This document shows positions 37,350 through 46,105 of a stretch of DNA of 46,105 nt, piece after piece. The position numbers and the translations under genes are program-made. The notes under the pieces are model-generated. The model had not been told where the DNA came from and made no database searches. It saw only the letters and a program-made list of their open reading frames with translations. Source of the stretch: Trueperaceae bacterium. Its GTDB lineage: Bacteria > Deinococcota > Deinococci > Deinococcales > Trueperaceae. Where the stretch lies: NCBI GenBank assembly GCA_040905465.1, contig JBBDRK010000074.1:27552-73656 (forward strand), in the 5' to 3' direction. How positions within the stretch are numbered: position 1 is the first letter of the stretch; every line of letters starts with the position of its first letter.

Positions 37350-38204
37350 TCACTGCGCCCTTCGGCGTGTCGGCGGCTTGCCGAGCCCCTGCGTGATCCG
37401 GTCGAGAACTATCGCCAGCAGAACGATGCCGAGGCCGCCTATTCCGGCCAGACCAACGTTGAGCGAGTTGAGCCCGCGGAAAACCGGGTTGCCCAGGCCA
37501 CCGGCACCTATCAACGCGGCGATGACAACCATCGACAGCGAAAGCATGATGGTCTGATTCAAGCCGGCCATGATGGTAGGCATGGCCAGGGGAAGTTGCA
37601 CCTTCCAGAGAATCTGGCCGGAAGTGGAACCGAAAGCGGTCGCCGCCTCCACCACATCCTCCTGCACCTGCTGGATTCCCAGGCTGGTGAGGCGGATCAG
37701 CGGCGGCATCGCGAAGATGATGGTGGCGATCACGCCGGCAACCGTGCCGATACTGAAGAGCATCACCACGGGCACCAGGTACACGAACGCCGGAGTCGTC
37801 TGCATCACGTCGAGGATCGGTCTCAAGACCGAAGCGAAGCCTTCGCTCCGCGCCGAAAGAATGCCGACCGGTATCCCCACGATCACGCAGAAAAGCACGG
37901 CGCTGATGACCATCGCAAGTGTGGTCATGGTGTCGCCCCACAGCCCCAGGAAGCCGACCAGTGCGAGTGACACGGCGCTGAACAGGGCGACTTTCCAGCC
38001 GGCCGCCCGCCACGCGAGCAGCAGGACCACCAGTAGCATCACGGACGGAGGTACCCAGTGCAGGAAGGAGTTCACCGCATCGAGCGTCCACTCGATCGGC
38101 AACTTCATCGTCTGGAACTCGTCGCGGTAGTTGTCCACCAACCAGTCGATGCCCGCCTGGATCCAGTCGTCGAGCGGGATCACCCATCTATCGAAGATGT
38201 TCAT
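37350..38204 (-). CDS. proW: Glycine betaine ABC permease
   Basis: LDVMQTTPAFVYLVP, QLPLAMPTIMAGLNQT. Confidence 0.92.
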   Translation of the reverse strand: MNIFDRWVIPLDDWIQAGIDWLVDNYRDEFQTMKLPIEWTLDAVNSFLHWVPPSVMLLVVLLLAWRAAGWKVALFSAVSLALVGFLGLWGDTMTTLAMVISAVLFCVIVGIPVGILSARSEGFASVLRPILDVMQTTPAFVYLVPVVMLFSIGTVAGVIATIIFAMPPLIRLTSLGIQQVQEDVVEAATAFGSTSGQILWKVQLPLAMPTIMAGLNQTIMLSLSMVVIAALIGAGGLGNPVFRGLNSLNVGLAGIGGLGIVLLAIVLDRITQGLGKPPTRRRAQ

Positions 38205-39460
38205 GCGCGGCTCCCGACGCTCTCGCCGGCGTCCTGCTCTTCAGGTGGCGACGACGGCGCCCGCTTCTCCAATATCCCCTGGACGAGTTCGCGTTCGCCG
38301 ACCACGCCCACCAACCGATCGTCCGAATCAACGACCAGCGCCGGCATGTTGGTATAGGTGCGCCCTTCCAATACCTCGCGCAGACTGGCATCGGGACGAC
38401 AACGCACGGCCATCACCTGGGAACGGATCTCCGGTACCTTCGTGCTCAGCACCTCGTCGAGGTCACGCAGTTGCACGGGCTTGCCGGCGGACTCGACCCG
38501 TACCAACCGTCGATCGTTGCCCACGACCACGCGCACCGTCGGGAAGCCGCGACGAGCGTAGGAGGTCTCCTTGCCGTCCGACGCTACCCGCTCGAAACGT
38601 GGACCGGGCAGCGCCTGCGCGACCGTTGCGGCCGTTATGACGCCGGTCGAGTCGGCATGTTCCACGAAGTCGGCTACGTACTTGGTCTTGGGATTGACGA
38701 TGATCTCCTCCGGCGTCCCCTTCTGCACGATCCGGCCCGATTCCATGATGGCGATGTGCGAACCGATCCTGAGCGCCTCATCCAGGTCATGAGTGATGAA
38801 CAGCATGGTTCGGTGCAGCTCCTCTTGGATTCGCAGCAGCTCGTCCTGCATGTCAACCTTGATCAGCGGGTCCAATGCGCTGAACGGCTCGTCCATCAGC
38901 AGCACCGGCGCCTGGGTTGCAAGCGCCCGTCCCAGGCCGACGCGCTGCTGCATTCCACCGGACAGCTCATCCGGGTAGCTGGTCCCCCAGCCGCCGAGCC
39001 CCACCAGGTCGAGGATCTCTCCGGCGGCCCGACGACGATCATCGGTCGCCATGCCCTGCACTTCGAGGCCGTATGCCACGTTGTCCAGCACGTCGCGGTG
39101 CGGAAACAGGCCGAAGCGCTGGAACACCATGCTCATGTTTCGCTTGCGCACCGCGCGCAGCCGGCTGCTATCCAGCGAGGTCACGTCCACCTCGCCGTCG
39201 TCGGTCTGCAGAACGACACGTCCCGCAGTCGGCTCGATAAGCCTGTTGACGCACCTGAGCAAGGTCGACTTGCCGCTTCCGGACAGTCCCATGATCACAA
39301 AGACCTCGCCCCGTTCGAGGCCGAAGCTCACATCCTGAACTCCGACGACGTGGCCGGTTTCCTCATGGATCTCGTCTTTCCCCTTCCCCTCCTCCAGGAG
39401 GCCGAGAATCTCCTGCGGACGCTCCCCGAAAATCTTGAATAATCGCTCTACTTGAATCAC
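38201..39460 (-). CDS. proV: Glycine betaine/choline ABC ATPase
   Basis: GLSGSGKST, LSGGMQQRVG, MDEPFSALDPLI. Confidence 0.9.
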   Translation of the reverse strand: MIQVERLFKIFGERPQEILGLLEEGKGKDEIHEETGHVVGVQDVSFGLERGEVFVIMGLSGSGKSTLLRCVNRLIEPTAGRVVLQTDDGEVDVTSLDSSRLRAVRKRNMSMVFQRFGLFPHRDVLDNVAYGLEVQGMATDDRRRAAGEILDLVGLGGWGTSYPDELSGGMQQRVGLGRALATQAPVLLMDEPFSALDPLIKVDMQDELLRIQEELHRTMLFITHDLDEALRIGSHIAIMESGRIVQKGTPEEIIVNPKTKYVADFVEHADSTGVITAATVAQALPGPRFERVASDGKETSYARRGFPTVRVVVGNDRRLVRVESAGKPVQLRDLDEVLSTKVPEIRSQVMAVRCRPDASLREVLEGRTYTNMPALVVDSDDRLVGVVGERELVQGILEKRAPSSPPEEQDAGESVGSRA

Positions 39461-40070
39461 GCTTGATCTACTCCCTGTTCGGAACGCTCTGCTGCCGGAA
39501 CACCGCCTCGTGCGGTTGGCAAACACCTCGGACAACGGGTCGAAAATGCCCGGGATGCGCTCATAGGGTATTCACGATAGCAGGCAGGGAGGGCCGCGTT
39601 CACGGTCCCGGCTACGGCTTCTGTCGACACCCCCCTCGCTTTTGCGTCAGTTCTTTCGTCCCAGGCGAGACTTCTCGAGACCGCAGGCACGGGTATCCAG
39701 CAAACATCCTGGCCGGACCGTCATCGCCATGTATAATGAGGTGCTCGAGTATGCGTTGGCGCATTCGGTGCCACCTCGGGCGGTACGCTCCCGATGCCGC
39801 ATCGGAGCGCTACGTCTTGTCAGATCGATTGAATCAATGAGGAGCAGGAGAAACGACAGCAGGCGTGGCCTGCTCGAGACCGAAAGCCGTCGTTTCCGGC
39901 GGCAAGGTTACAGGCCACTGTAGTTCGGCCAGCAAGGCGCTAAGGATTATGACAGCGATCTCGCCATAGGGGCGAGGCGATCCCGAGCGCAATCGAGTTC
40001 TACCGGTGGCTCCGATAATCCGCCCCGAAGCAACACGGGGAAAGCCCCGGAAAAGGGAGTGATGACTCCG

Positions 40071-41147
40071 ATGGCAAAAGCGGTTCCGATGATAATAGCG
40101 GCAACGAGAAAGGCAGCGATGAGTCGAGCAGCGATCATGGGCGTCGTGCTGGCGATGTTCACGGTGGGCGGTGGCGCTCTGGCGCAGGACGACTGCGGCG
40201 GGTACAACAGGGACATCGTCTTCGGAGAGCAGGACTGGGACAGCGCGCAGGTGCACAACGCAATCGCGCGGCACATACTGGAGGAAGGGTTCGGGTGCAG
40301 CACCAGCGTTATCCCCGGTTCGACCATCCCGATGCAGCAGGGCACTATTCGAGGAGACATAGACGTACTTATGGAGGTCTGGCAGGACAACCTGGCGGAC
40401 TTCATGCCGGCCGCGCTGGAAAGCGGCGAGATAGTCGATCTCGGCGTCAACTTCGGCGACGGTCAACAGGGCTGGTTCGTGCCACGCTACCTGATCGAAG
40501 GCGACAGCGAGCGCGGCATCGAACCTGTTGCTCCCGACCTAGAGAGCGTGACCGACATCGCACAGTACGCGGAACTGTTCCGCGACCCCGAGCAGCCCGA
40601 CCGCGGCCGCTTCTACAACTGCATAATCGGGTGGGTGTGCGAGGAGATCAACACCGCCAAACTCGAGGCATACGGACTCAGCGAGCACTTCACCAACTTT
40701 CGGCCGGGCACCGGCGTCGCCCTCACCAGTTCGATGGAGGGTACGTACCTGCGCGGCGAGCCGTGGTTCGGGTACTACTGGGGTCCGACCTGGGTGCTCG
40801 GCAAGCTCGACATGGTGCAGTTGGAGGAACCGGCGTACACCGACCAGTGCTGGGAGCATCTCAACGAAAACCTGGGCGATCCGGACGAGGCTTGCGCCTA
40901 CCCCACATCTGTCGTAACGATCGCAGTAAACGGCGAGTTCGCAGAGCAGGTGGCGCCCGAAGTGATCGACTTCCTGCGCGAGTACACAACAACCAGTGAC
41001 CAGGTAAGCGCGCTGTTGGCCTACATGCAGGACAACGACGCCTTGCCCGAAGAGGCCGCGACGCACTTCCTCGAAACAGAGACCGAGTTGTGGTCCGAGT
41101 GGCTTCCGGCCGAGGTGGCCGAACGGGTCCAGGCGTCCATCGAGTAA
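40071..41147 (+). CDS. ProX/HisX-like ABC substrate-binding protein (start uncertain: 40059, 40071 or 40119)
   Basis: Signal peptide; DWDS, CIIGWVCE, YYWGPTW. Confidence 0.88.
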   Translation: MAKAVPMIIAATRKAAMSRAAIMGVVLAMFTVGGGALAQDDCGGYNRDIVFGEQDWDSAQVHNAIARHILEEGFGCSTSVIPGSTIPMQQGTIRGDIDVLMEVWQDNLADFMPAALESGEIVDLGVNFGDGQQGWFVPRYLIEGDSERGIEPVAPDLESVTDIAQYAELFRDPEQPDRGRFYNCIIGWVCEEINTAKLEAYGLSEHFTNFRPGTGVALTSSMEGTYLRGEPWFGYYWGPTWVLGKLDMVQLEEPAYTDQCWEHLNENLGDPDEACAYPTSVVTIAVNGEFAEQVAPEVIDFLREYTTTSDQVSALLAYMQDNDALPEEAATHFLETETELWSEWLPAEVAERVQASIE

Positions 41148-41227
41148 CGGGACCAGACCATGCTCTCCCTTGAGTCCGAGTTGCCTTCGCACAGCATGTC
41201 CGCTCTATCGAGAGAGGCGGTCACAAC

Positions 41228-42112
41228 GTGTTCGACTTTCTGAACCAGTCATTTCCCGAGTCCTGGCGAATTCCATTGAGAGAGTGGACCAACGACGGGG
41301 TTCGCTGGCTCGTAAGCGAATATGGCGACGTATTCCGCGCCATCACCGACGCCCTGCTGTTCGTGCTCGTCCGCGTCGAAAACGTGCTCAACTGGCTGCC
41401 GTGGTGGCTGGTAGTGCTGCTGGTCGGCCTGCTGGTCTGGCATGCGTTCGGCCGGCGCATAGGTCCGGCACTGCTGATGGCGGGGCTGATGACGCTTGTC
41501 GGCAGCTTCGGCCTGTGGCCACAGCTCATGACCACCCTCGCGTTGATGACCGTCGCCACAATGGTGACCATCATCATCGGAATTCCGATCGGCATCCTGA
41601 TGGCGCGAAACGATACCGTGCGAGCGGGAATAAAACCGATCCTCGACGGCATGCAGACCATGCCGAGCTTCGTTTACCTGGTACCGGTGGTCATGTTCTT
41701 CGGTCTCGGCAACGTGGCGGCAATTTTCGCCACCTTCATCTATGCGGTGCCCCCAGTCATCCGCCTAACCGATCTCGGCATCAGGCTGGTTGACAAGGAG
41801 GTCATCGAGGCCTCGCAGTCGTTCGGAGCCAACTCGCGACAGACCCTCTGGGAAGTGCAGCTTCCACTGGCCCTCCCCAACATAATGGCCGGCATCAATC
41901 AGACGATCATGATGGCGCTGGCCATGGTGGTGATCGCCTCGATGATCGGCGCGAGAGGGCTGGGACAGGAGGTCCTTCGCGGCCTGCAGCGCGGTGACGT
42001 GGGCCTCGGGCTGGAAGCCGGTCTGGCTATCGTCATCCTGGCGATCGTGATGGACCGGGTGACCCAGGGCTACAGCCGCCGGTACGACTACACCGCCGAT
42101 CAGGGGGCCTAG
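41228..42112 (+). CDS. ProW-like ABC permease
   Basis: LDGMQTMPSFVYLVP, VQLPLALPNIMAGINQT. Confidence 0.92.
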   Translation: MFDFLNQSFPESWRIPLREWTNDGVRWLVSEYGDVFRAITDALLFVLVRVENVLNWLPWWLVVLLVGLLVWHAFGRRIGPALLMAGLMTLVGSFGLWPQLMTTLALMTVATMVTIIIGIPIGILMARNDTVRAGIKPILDGMQTMPSFVYLVPVVMFFGLGNVAAIFATFIYAVPPVIRLTDLGIRLVDKEVIEASQSFGANSRQTLWEVQLPLALPNIMAGINQTIMMALAMVVIASMIGARGLGQEVLRGLQRGDVGLGLEAGLAIVILAIVMDRVTQGYSRRYDYTADQGA

Positions 42113-42116
42113 GGCG

Positions 42117-43370
42117 ATGACCGATACCAAGATAGAAGTCAAGAACCTCTACAAGATCTTCGGAAAACGGCCTGACGACGTGCTGCAGAGGGTTCGCAAG
42201 GGAGTGAGCAAGCAGGAGATCCTCAAGCGCACCGGGCACACCGTCGGCCTCGACGACGTATCGCTGGATGTGAGAGCCGGCGAAACGTTCGTCGTGATGG
42301 GCCTGTCGGGAAGCGGCAAGTCCACCCTGGTCCGTTGCCTCAACAGGCTGATCGAGCCTACTTCGGGCGAGATCGTCGTCGACGGCGTGGACATCGTGCA
42401 ACTGGGCCGGAAGGAGATGCAGGCGTTGCGCAGAGAGAAGATGGGCATGGTGTTTCAGCACTTCGCCCTGCTCCCCCATCGCAACGTGATAGACAACGTG
42501 GCCTACGGCCTGAAGTTGCAGGGAATGGGCCGTGAGGAGAGGTACGAGCGGGCTCGGACCTGGATCGAGGTAGTCGGGCTGAAAGGGTACGAGAAAGCCC
42601 GTCCAACCGCTCTGTCGGGTGGCATGCAGCAGAGGGTTGGTCTCGCGCGAGCCCTGGCAACCGACCCGGAAATCCTTCTCATGGATGAAGCGTTCAGTGC
42701 GCTCGACCCTCTGATACGACGAGAGATGCAGGACGAACTGATCAGGCTGCAACGCGAACTGCACAAGACGATCGTGTTCATCACCCATGACCTCGACGAA
42801 GCGCTGCGGCTCGGGGATCGCGTGGCGATCCTCAACGCGGGCCGTGTGGTGCAGGTCGGCACGCCCGAGCAGATCCTCACCGAGCCTGCCGACGACTACG
42901 TCGAGGCTTTCGTTCAGAACGTAGACCGGAGCCGGGTTCTTTCCGCTCGGCTGGCGATGGAAACGGGCCTCCGGGCGCGAGTCGACGCTACCCCGACGTC
43001 CCTCCTTACCGACCTGGCCAACGACGAGTGGAAGACGGCATTCGTGACCGACGGCAACGGCCGGTACAAGGGCGTGGTCGGCATCGAAGAGGTGCGCAAG
43101 GGCGCGCGCCGAGGAGACGCGGACCTGCGCAAACTGCTCTCAGAGTCAGCCCCGACAGTCCGATACGATTCTCCTCTGTCTGAAATGTTCTCCGTCGGTG
43201 CGGCCAGTTCTGTTCCTATCGCAGTGTTGGGCGACAACGACGTGCTCGAAGGGATCCTCACGCATCGCGCCGTGCTGGCGGCGCTGTCGTCCGAAAGCGA
43301 CCGCGTTGCCCACATGGAATCAGCAGAAGCCAACAGGCACACGGCCGAGACGACGAGCCCGAAACGCTGA
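42117..43370 (+). CDS. ProV-like ABC ATPase with CBS domains
   Basis: GLSGSGKST, LSGGMQQRVG, MDEAFSALDPLIR. Confidence 0.92.
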   Translation: MTDTKIEVKNLYKIFGKRPDDVLQRVRKGVSKQEILKRTGHTVGLDDVSLDVRAGETFVVMGLSGSGKSTLVRCLNRLIEPTSGEIVVDGVDIVQLGRKEMQALRREKMGMVFQHFALLPHRNVIDNVAYGLKLQGMGREERYERARTWIEVVGLKGYEKARPTALSGGMQQRVGLARALATDPEILLMDEAFSALDPLIRREMQDELIRLQRELHKTIVFITHDLDEALRLGDRVAILNAGRVVQVGTPEQILTEPADDYVEAFVQNVDRSRVLSARLAMETGLRARVDATPTSLLTDLANDEWKTAFVTDGNGRYKGVVGIEEVRKGARRGDADLRKLLSESAPTVRYDSPLSEMFSVGAASSVPIAVLGDNDVLEGILTHRAVLAALSSESDRVAHMESAEANRHTAETTSPKR

Positions 43371-43586
43371 GCCAAGACAGAGCCAGGCGGAAACGACTTG
43401 TTCGCCCGTGGCCTATCGCCACGGGCGACGCTTCTTGGCGCCACCTGGTGCACTCGCCCACCGTCTGAAAGTCGCACCGGTGGTGGCCGGATGGCGGCAC
43501 CGAACGCAGTCGATCGGATGCCCGTTTCTTCACACCTGCCTCGACTCTCAGCAAAGGCGCAGGCTCAACCCCTACGCTGTAAGACA

Positions 43587-45419
43587 ATGACGCGCCCCCT
43601 GCTCGCAGTCACCCTCGCGCTCACCACCCTCGCCGGAGCCTGGTTTCTGAACGCTTGGCTCGCCGGCGCACGGCTAGCACGACAGTCGCAGTCCCCAATG
43701 CTGCGCAGCGCGGTTCTAGATCCCTTTGAGTCCCCCCTGTTGCAGGGCTACCGGACCTACCGCGATTCTCTCATCGGTGGCGATCTGGACTCGCTCGGCT
43801 ACCTTGCCCATCGTGACGACAGTTTTCTGGCATACCGGGCTTCGCTGGCGCTGGCGCGTTCGGTCGAACTCGACCCTGCTGAGCGTCTGGTGTTTTATCG
43901 GCGGGCGCTGCAGTTACGGGTAGCGGATCCCCTTGCCAGGCAGGAGAACCGGGAGTTCCATCTGGAGATGGCGGCCACGGCCGAAGCGGCCGGAGATCGC
44001 TCGGCAGCCACCGACGCATACGCCGAGGCGCTTCCGGATCCGGTCGCCGTGAAAGCGCTCGAGCGGTTGGAGAGCGACCCCTACCGGTTGGCGAACACGT
44101 ACCTTCAGGCGCGCCTATACCGGGACGCCCTGGAGGCGTTGGACGGCCGGGCGGCGCCGTCGATCGAGGCGCCGGCGCACCGGCGTCTGGGTGAGCATCA
44201 GAAAGCGCTCGATGCATACGAGCGTTGGCTGGTGGAACAACCCGACAACTTCGACGCGCGCCTCGGAAGGGCGTGGTCGCACTTCTATCTGGCCGACTCG
44301 GTTACCGCCTACTCGCTCTTTTCGGCGCTGGATGGCAGCAGCAGCCTCTACGCCCGCGCCCTCATCGACCGACGCCAGGGAAACCTTACCGAGGCGGTCA
44401 ACCTGATCAGAACGAGTGGGGTAGCGAGCTGGCTGTGGTTGGCTTCGAGCTGGCTGGAGGCGGAAGATCGCTACGCCGAAGCGTTGTCGATCTACCTGCA
44501 GATCGCTCCCGGTGATTCGGTTTACGCGGACGATGCCGCATACCGAGCGCTGGTGCTGGCCGAGCGTCTTGGCGACCAGGACGCCGCCCAGGTAGCTCGT
44601 GAACTCGTTCCGTCAAGCTCGTTTTTCGGGTTACACCTCGGCAGCACACCGACTCTGCCAGATAGCCGAGAGTTGCCGCAGGTGAATCTGGAGGTCCAGG
44701 ATCTCGCTCTCGAACTCGCCCGCGCCAACGACAGCGAGGCCGCGATCGGCGAGTTGGTCTTTGCGCTCCGTGAATCCGAGGATGAGGCGACCGTGGTGTC
44801 GCTGGCCGAGACGCTGCAGTTGCTTGGCGAGTTCCGGCAGAGCCAGCGCGCCGCTCAGCGGTTCGTGGATGCCGGAAGCCGCGAGGTCAGGACCTGGAAG
44901 GCTGCATACCCGAGGGCATATCCGGAGCTCGTGCGCAAAGAGGCTGCCGAGCAGGACCTCGACCCTGCACTCGTCTGGGCAGTAATGCGTCAGGAGTCGG
45001 CGTTCTATCCGAACGCCGTTTCGACCTCCAACGCCGCTGGACTCATGCAGGTCATCCCGTCGACCTGGGACTGGCTGGCGGAACTGCAGAAGGAGGAACC
45101 GGGGGACCGATTCGACCCGGCCGCGAACATCCGCTACGGCAGCTACTACCTGCGGTGGCTGATGAACTATCACGACGGTGACACCGAGCTGGTTATCCCC
45201 TCGTATAACCGGGGCCAGGGTTATATCCGGCGGCTGTTCGACGGTCCCGTCGTCGGCGGCGACAAGAACGAGTTCTATCGCGAGATCGACGCGCTCGAAA
45301 CCCGGGAGTACCTCCAGCGGGTGATGGTCAACTACCGGACCTACCAGGCGCTATATGAGGGCCCGGAGTCGACGGCGGCTGCTCCCGCTGAGGAGCAAGA
45401 CCAGCCGGAGATCCAGTAG
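43587..45419 (+). CDS. TPR-containing soluble lytic transglycosylase (Slt70-like)
   Basis: N-terminal TM/signal; AVMRQES, AAGLMQV, SYNRG, ETREYLQRV. Confidence 0.88.
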   Translation: MTRPLLAVTLALTTLAGAWFLNAWLAGARLARQSQSPMLRSAVLDPFESPLLQGYRTYRDSLIGGDLDSLGYLAHRDDSFLAYRASLALARSVELDPAERLVFYRRALQLRVADPLARQENREFHLEMAATAEAAGDRSAATDAYAEALPDPVAVKALERLESDPYRLANTYLQARLYRDALEALDGRAAPSIEAPAHRRLGEHQKALDAYERWLVEQPDNFDARLGRAWSHFYLADSVTAYSLFSALDGSSSLYARALIDRRQGNLTEAVNLIRTSGVASWLWLASSWLEAEDRYAEALSIYLQIAPGDSVYADDAAYRALVLAERLGDQDAAQVARELVPSSSFFGLHLGSTPTLPDSRELPQVNLEVQDLALELARANDSEAAIGELVFALRESEDEATVVSLAETLQLLGEFRQSQRAAQRFVDAGSREVRTWKAAYPRAYPELVRKEAAEQDLDPALVWAVMRQESAFYPNAVSTSNAAGLMQVIPSTWDWLAELQKEEPGDRFDPAANIRYGSYYLRWLMNYHDGDTELVIPSYNRGQGYIRRLFDGPVVGGDKNEFYREIDALETREYLQRVMVNYRTYQALYEGPESTAAAPAEEQDQPEIQ

Positions 45420-45433
45420 CCGAGGTTCACGGG

Positions 45434-45640
45434 CTAAGGAGCTAGCGCCTCGATCAGATAGGTGAGCTTCGGCCGGCTCGCCACGTAGGTCTGGCCTGCC
45501 TCGGCCGCTTCGGCCTCGGTAAGGAACTGTCTCGGCCCGTCTTCTCCCATGATGTAGTCAGGTTCGTTGTCGCCGCGCTCTTCCGCGAAGTCGGCTCCCT
45601 GCGGTACCAGCCTCACCACGTATCGCTGTGTCCGGCTCAT
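45434..45640 (-). CDS. Small hypothetical protein (68 aa)
   Basis: MSRTQRYVVRLVPQG... with GGGGGAGAG RBS. Confidence 0.55.
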   Translation of the reverse strand: MSRTQRYVVRLVPQGADFAEERGDNEPDYIMGEDGPRQFLTEAEAAEAGQTYVASRPKLTYLIEALAP

Positions 45641-45856
45641 CTCTCCCCCGCTCCAGAGGTAATCCACCTCGTCATCGTGACCTGCGGTCCACGAGCACGC
45701 GCATCGATCCTGGGCACGGCACCGTATACGGGCAAGGGGCACTCGCGGTGATCGCCGGCCGCTCTCGAGGACTCCGCTCGAAAGCCATGTCGACATAACA
45801 CCTTTGACGGGAGATTCTTGCCGTGACCTGGGACCTGATTGAGCGTGCGGTTGCCG

Positions 45857-45893
45857 AAACAAAGAAACGGCCTCGCCCAAGGGGAGGAGGCCG
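45857..45893 (-). terminator. Rho-independent terminator of the rRNA-tRNA-Gly operon
   Basis: CGGCCTC...GAGGCCG stem followed by TTTCTTTGTTT on the minus strand. Confidence 0.65.
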
Positions 45894-45928
45894 CCGGCGG
45901 GCGCCGGCAGGCGCACGCGATTCCGGTT

Positions 45929-46004
<76 letters not shown>

Positions 46005-46059
46005 ATTACAGGCCGGAGGTTTGCCGAGGGCCAGCCTCCGGGCCGTCATCAAAATATGT

Positions 46060-46105
46060 TCTTCGCGCTGTCCTACTCTTCCGGGGAGCTGCCTCCCGAG
46101 TACCA
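46060..46105 (-). rRNA. rrf: 5S rRNA, 3' portion (partial)
   Basis: Minus strand TGGTACTCGGGAGGCAGCTCCCCGGAAGAGTAGGACAGCGCG matches the 5S helix IV/V pattern (UGGUA...GAGUAGG); the 5S-tRNA-Gly order is as in Thermus operons. Confidence 0.85.

Overview
High-GC bacterial chromosome segment, most likely Deinococcota (Trueperaceae-like). This is inferred from a Gfh1 factor, a Thermus-type HU domain, an LdrP-like CRP protein, a 5S rRNA-tRNA-Gly operon end and many apparently leaderless genes. The core part encodes a PEGA/cytochrome c protein, acyl-CoA synthetase, serine hydrolase, a TerY-P triad, rmlA, pstSCAB, amt-glnK, a MazG-like enzyme, a GH13 glycosidase, lysS, gfh1, two divergent proU-type ABC operons, an SLT transglycosylase, tRNA-Gly and the 3' end of 5S rRNA. 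The main result is an ~11 kb accessory region (5312-16454). It is divided into 0.9-2 kb modules by 7 clear and 2-3 degenerate copies of a 28-bp 11-6-11 site (SYTCCAMnTWC-GCGCCY-N8-AAS). The modules carry six toxin-antitoxin-type pairs, an orphan histidine kinase and a DHFR-like gene. A decayed XerD-like tyrosine recombinase lies inside the region, with one site 75 bp upstream of it that also appears to form its promoter. This looks like an integron-analogous cassette array that uses neither attC nor dif sites. A candidate ~60-nt C-rich-loop sRNA with its own promoter and terminator lies downstream of lysS. All family calls come from motif recognition by eye; no database searches were run.
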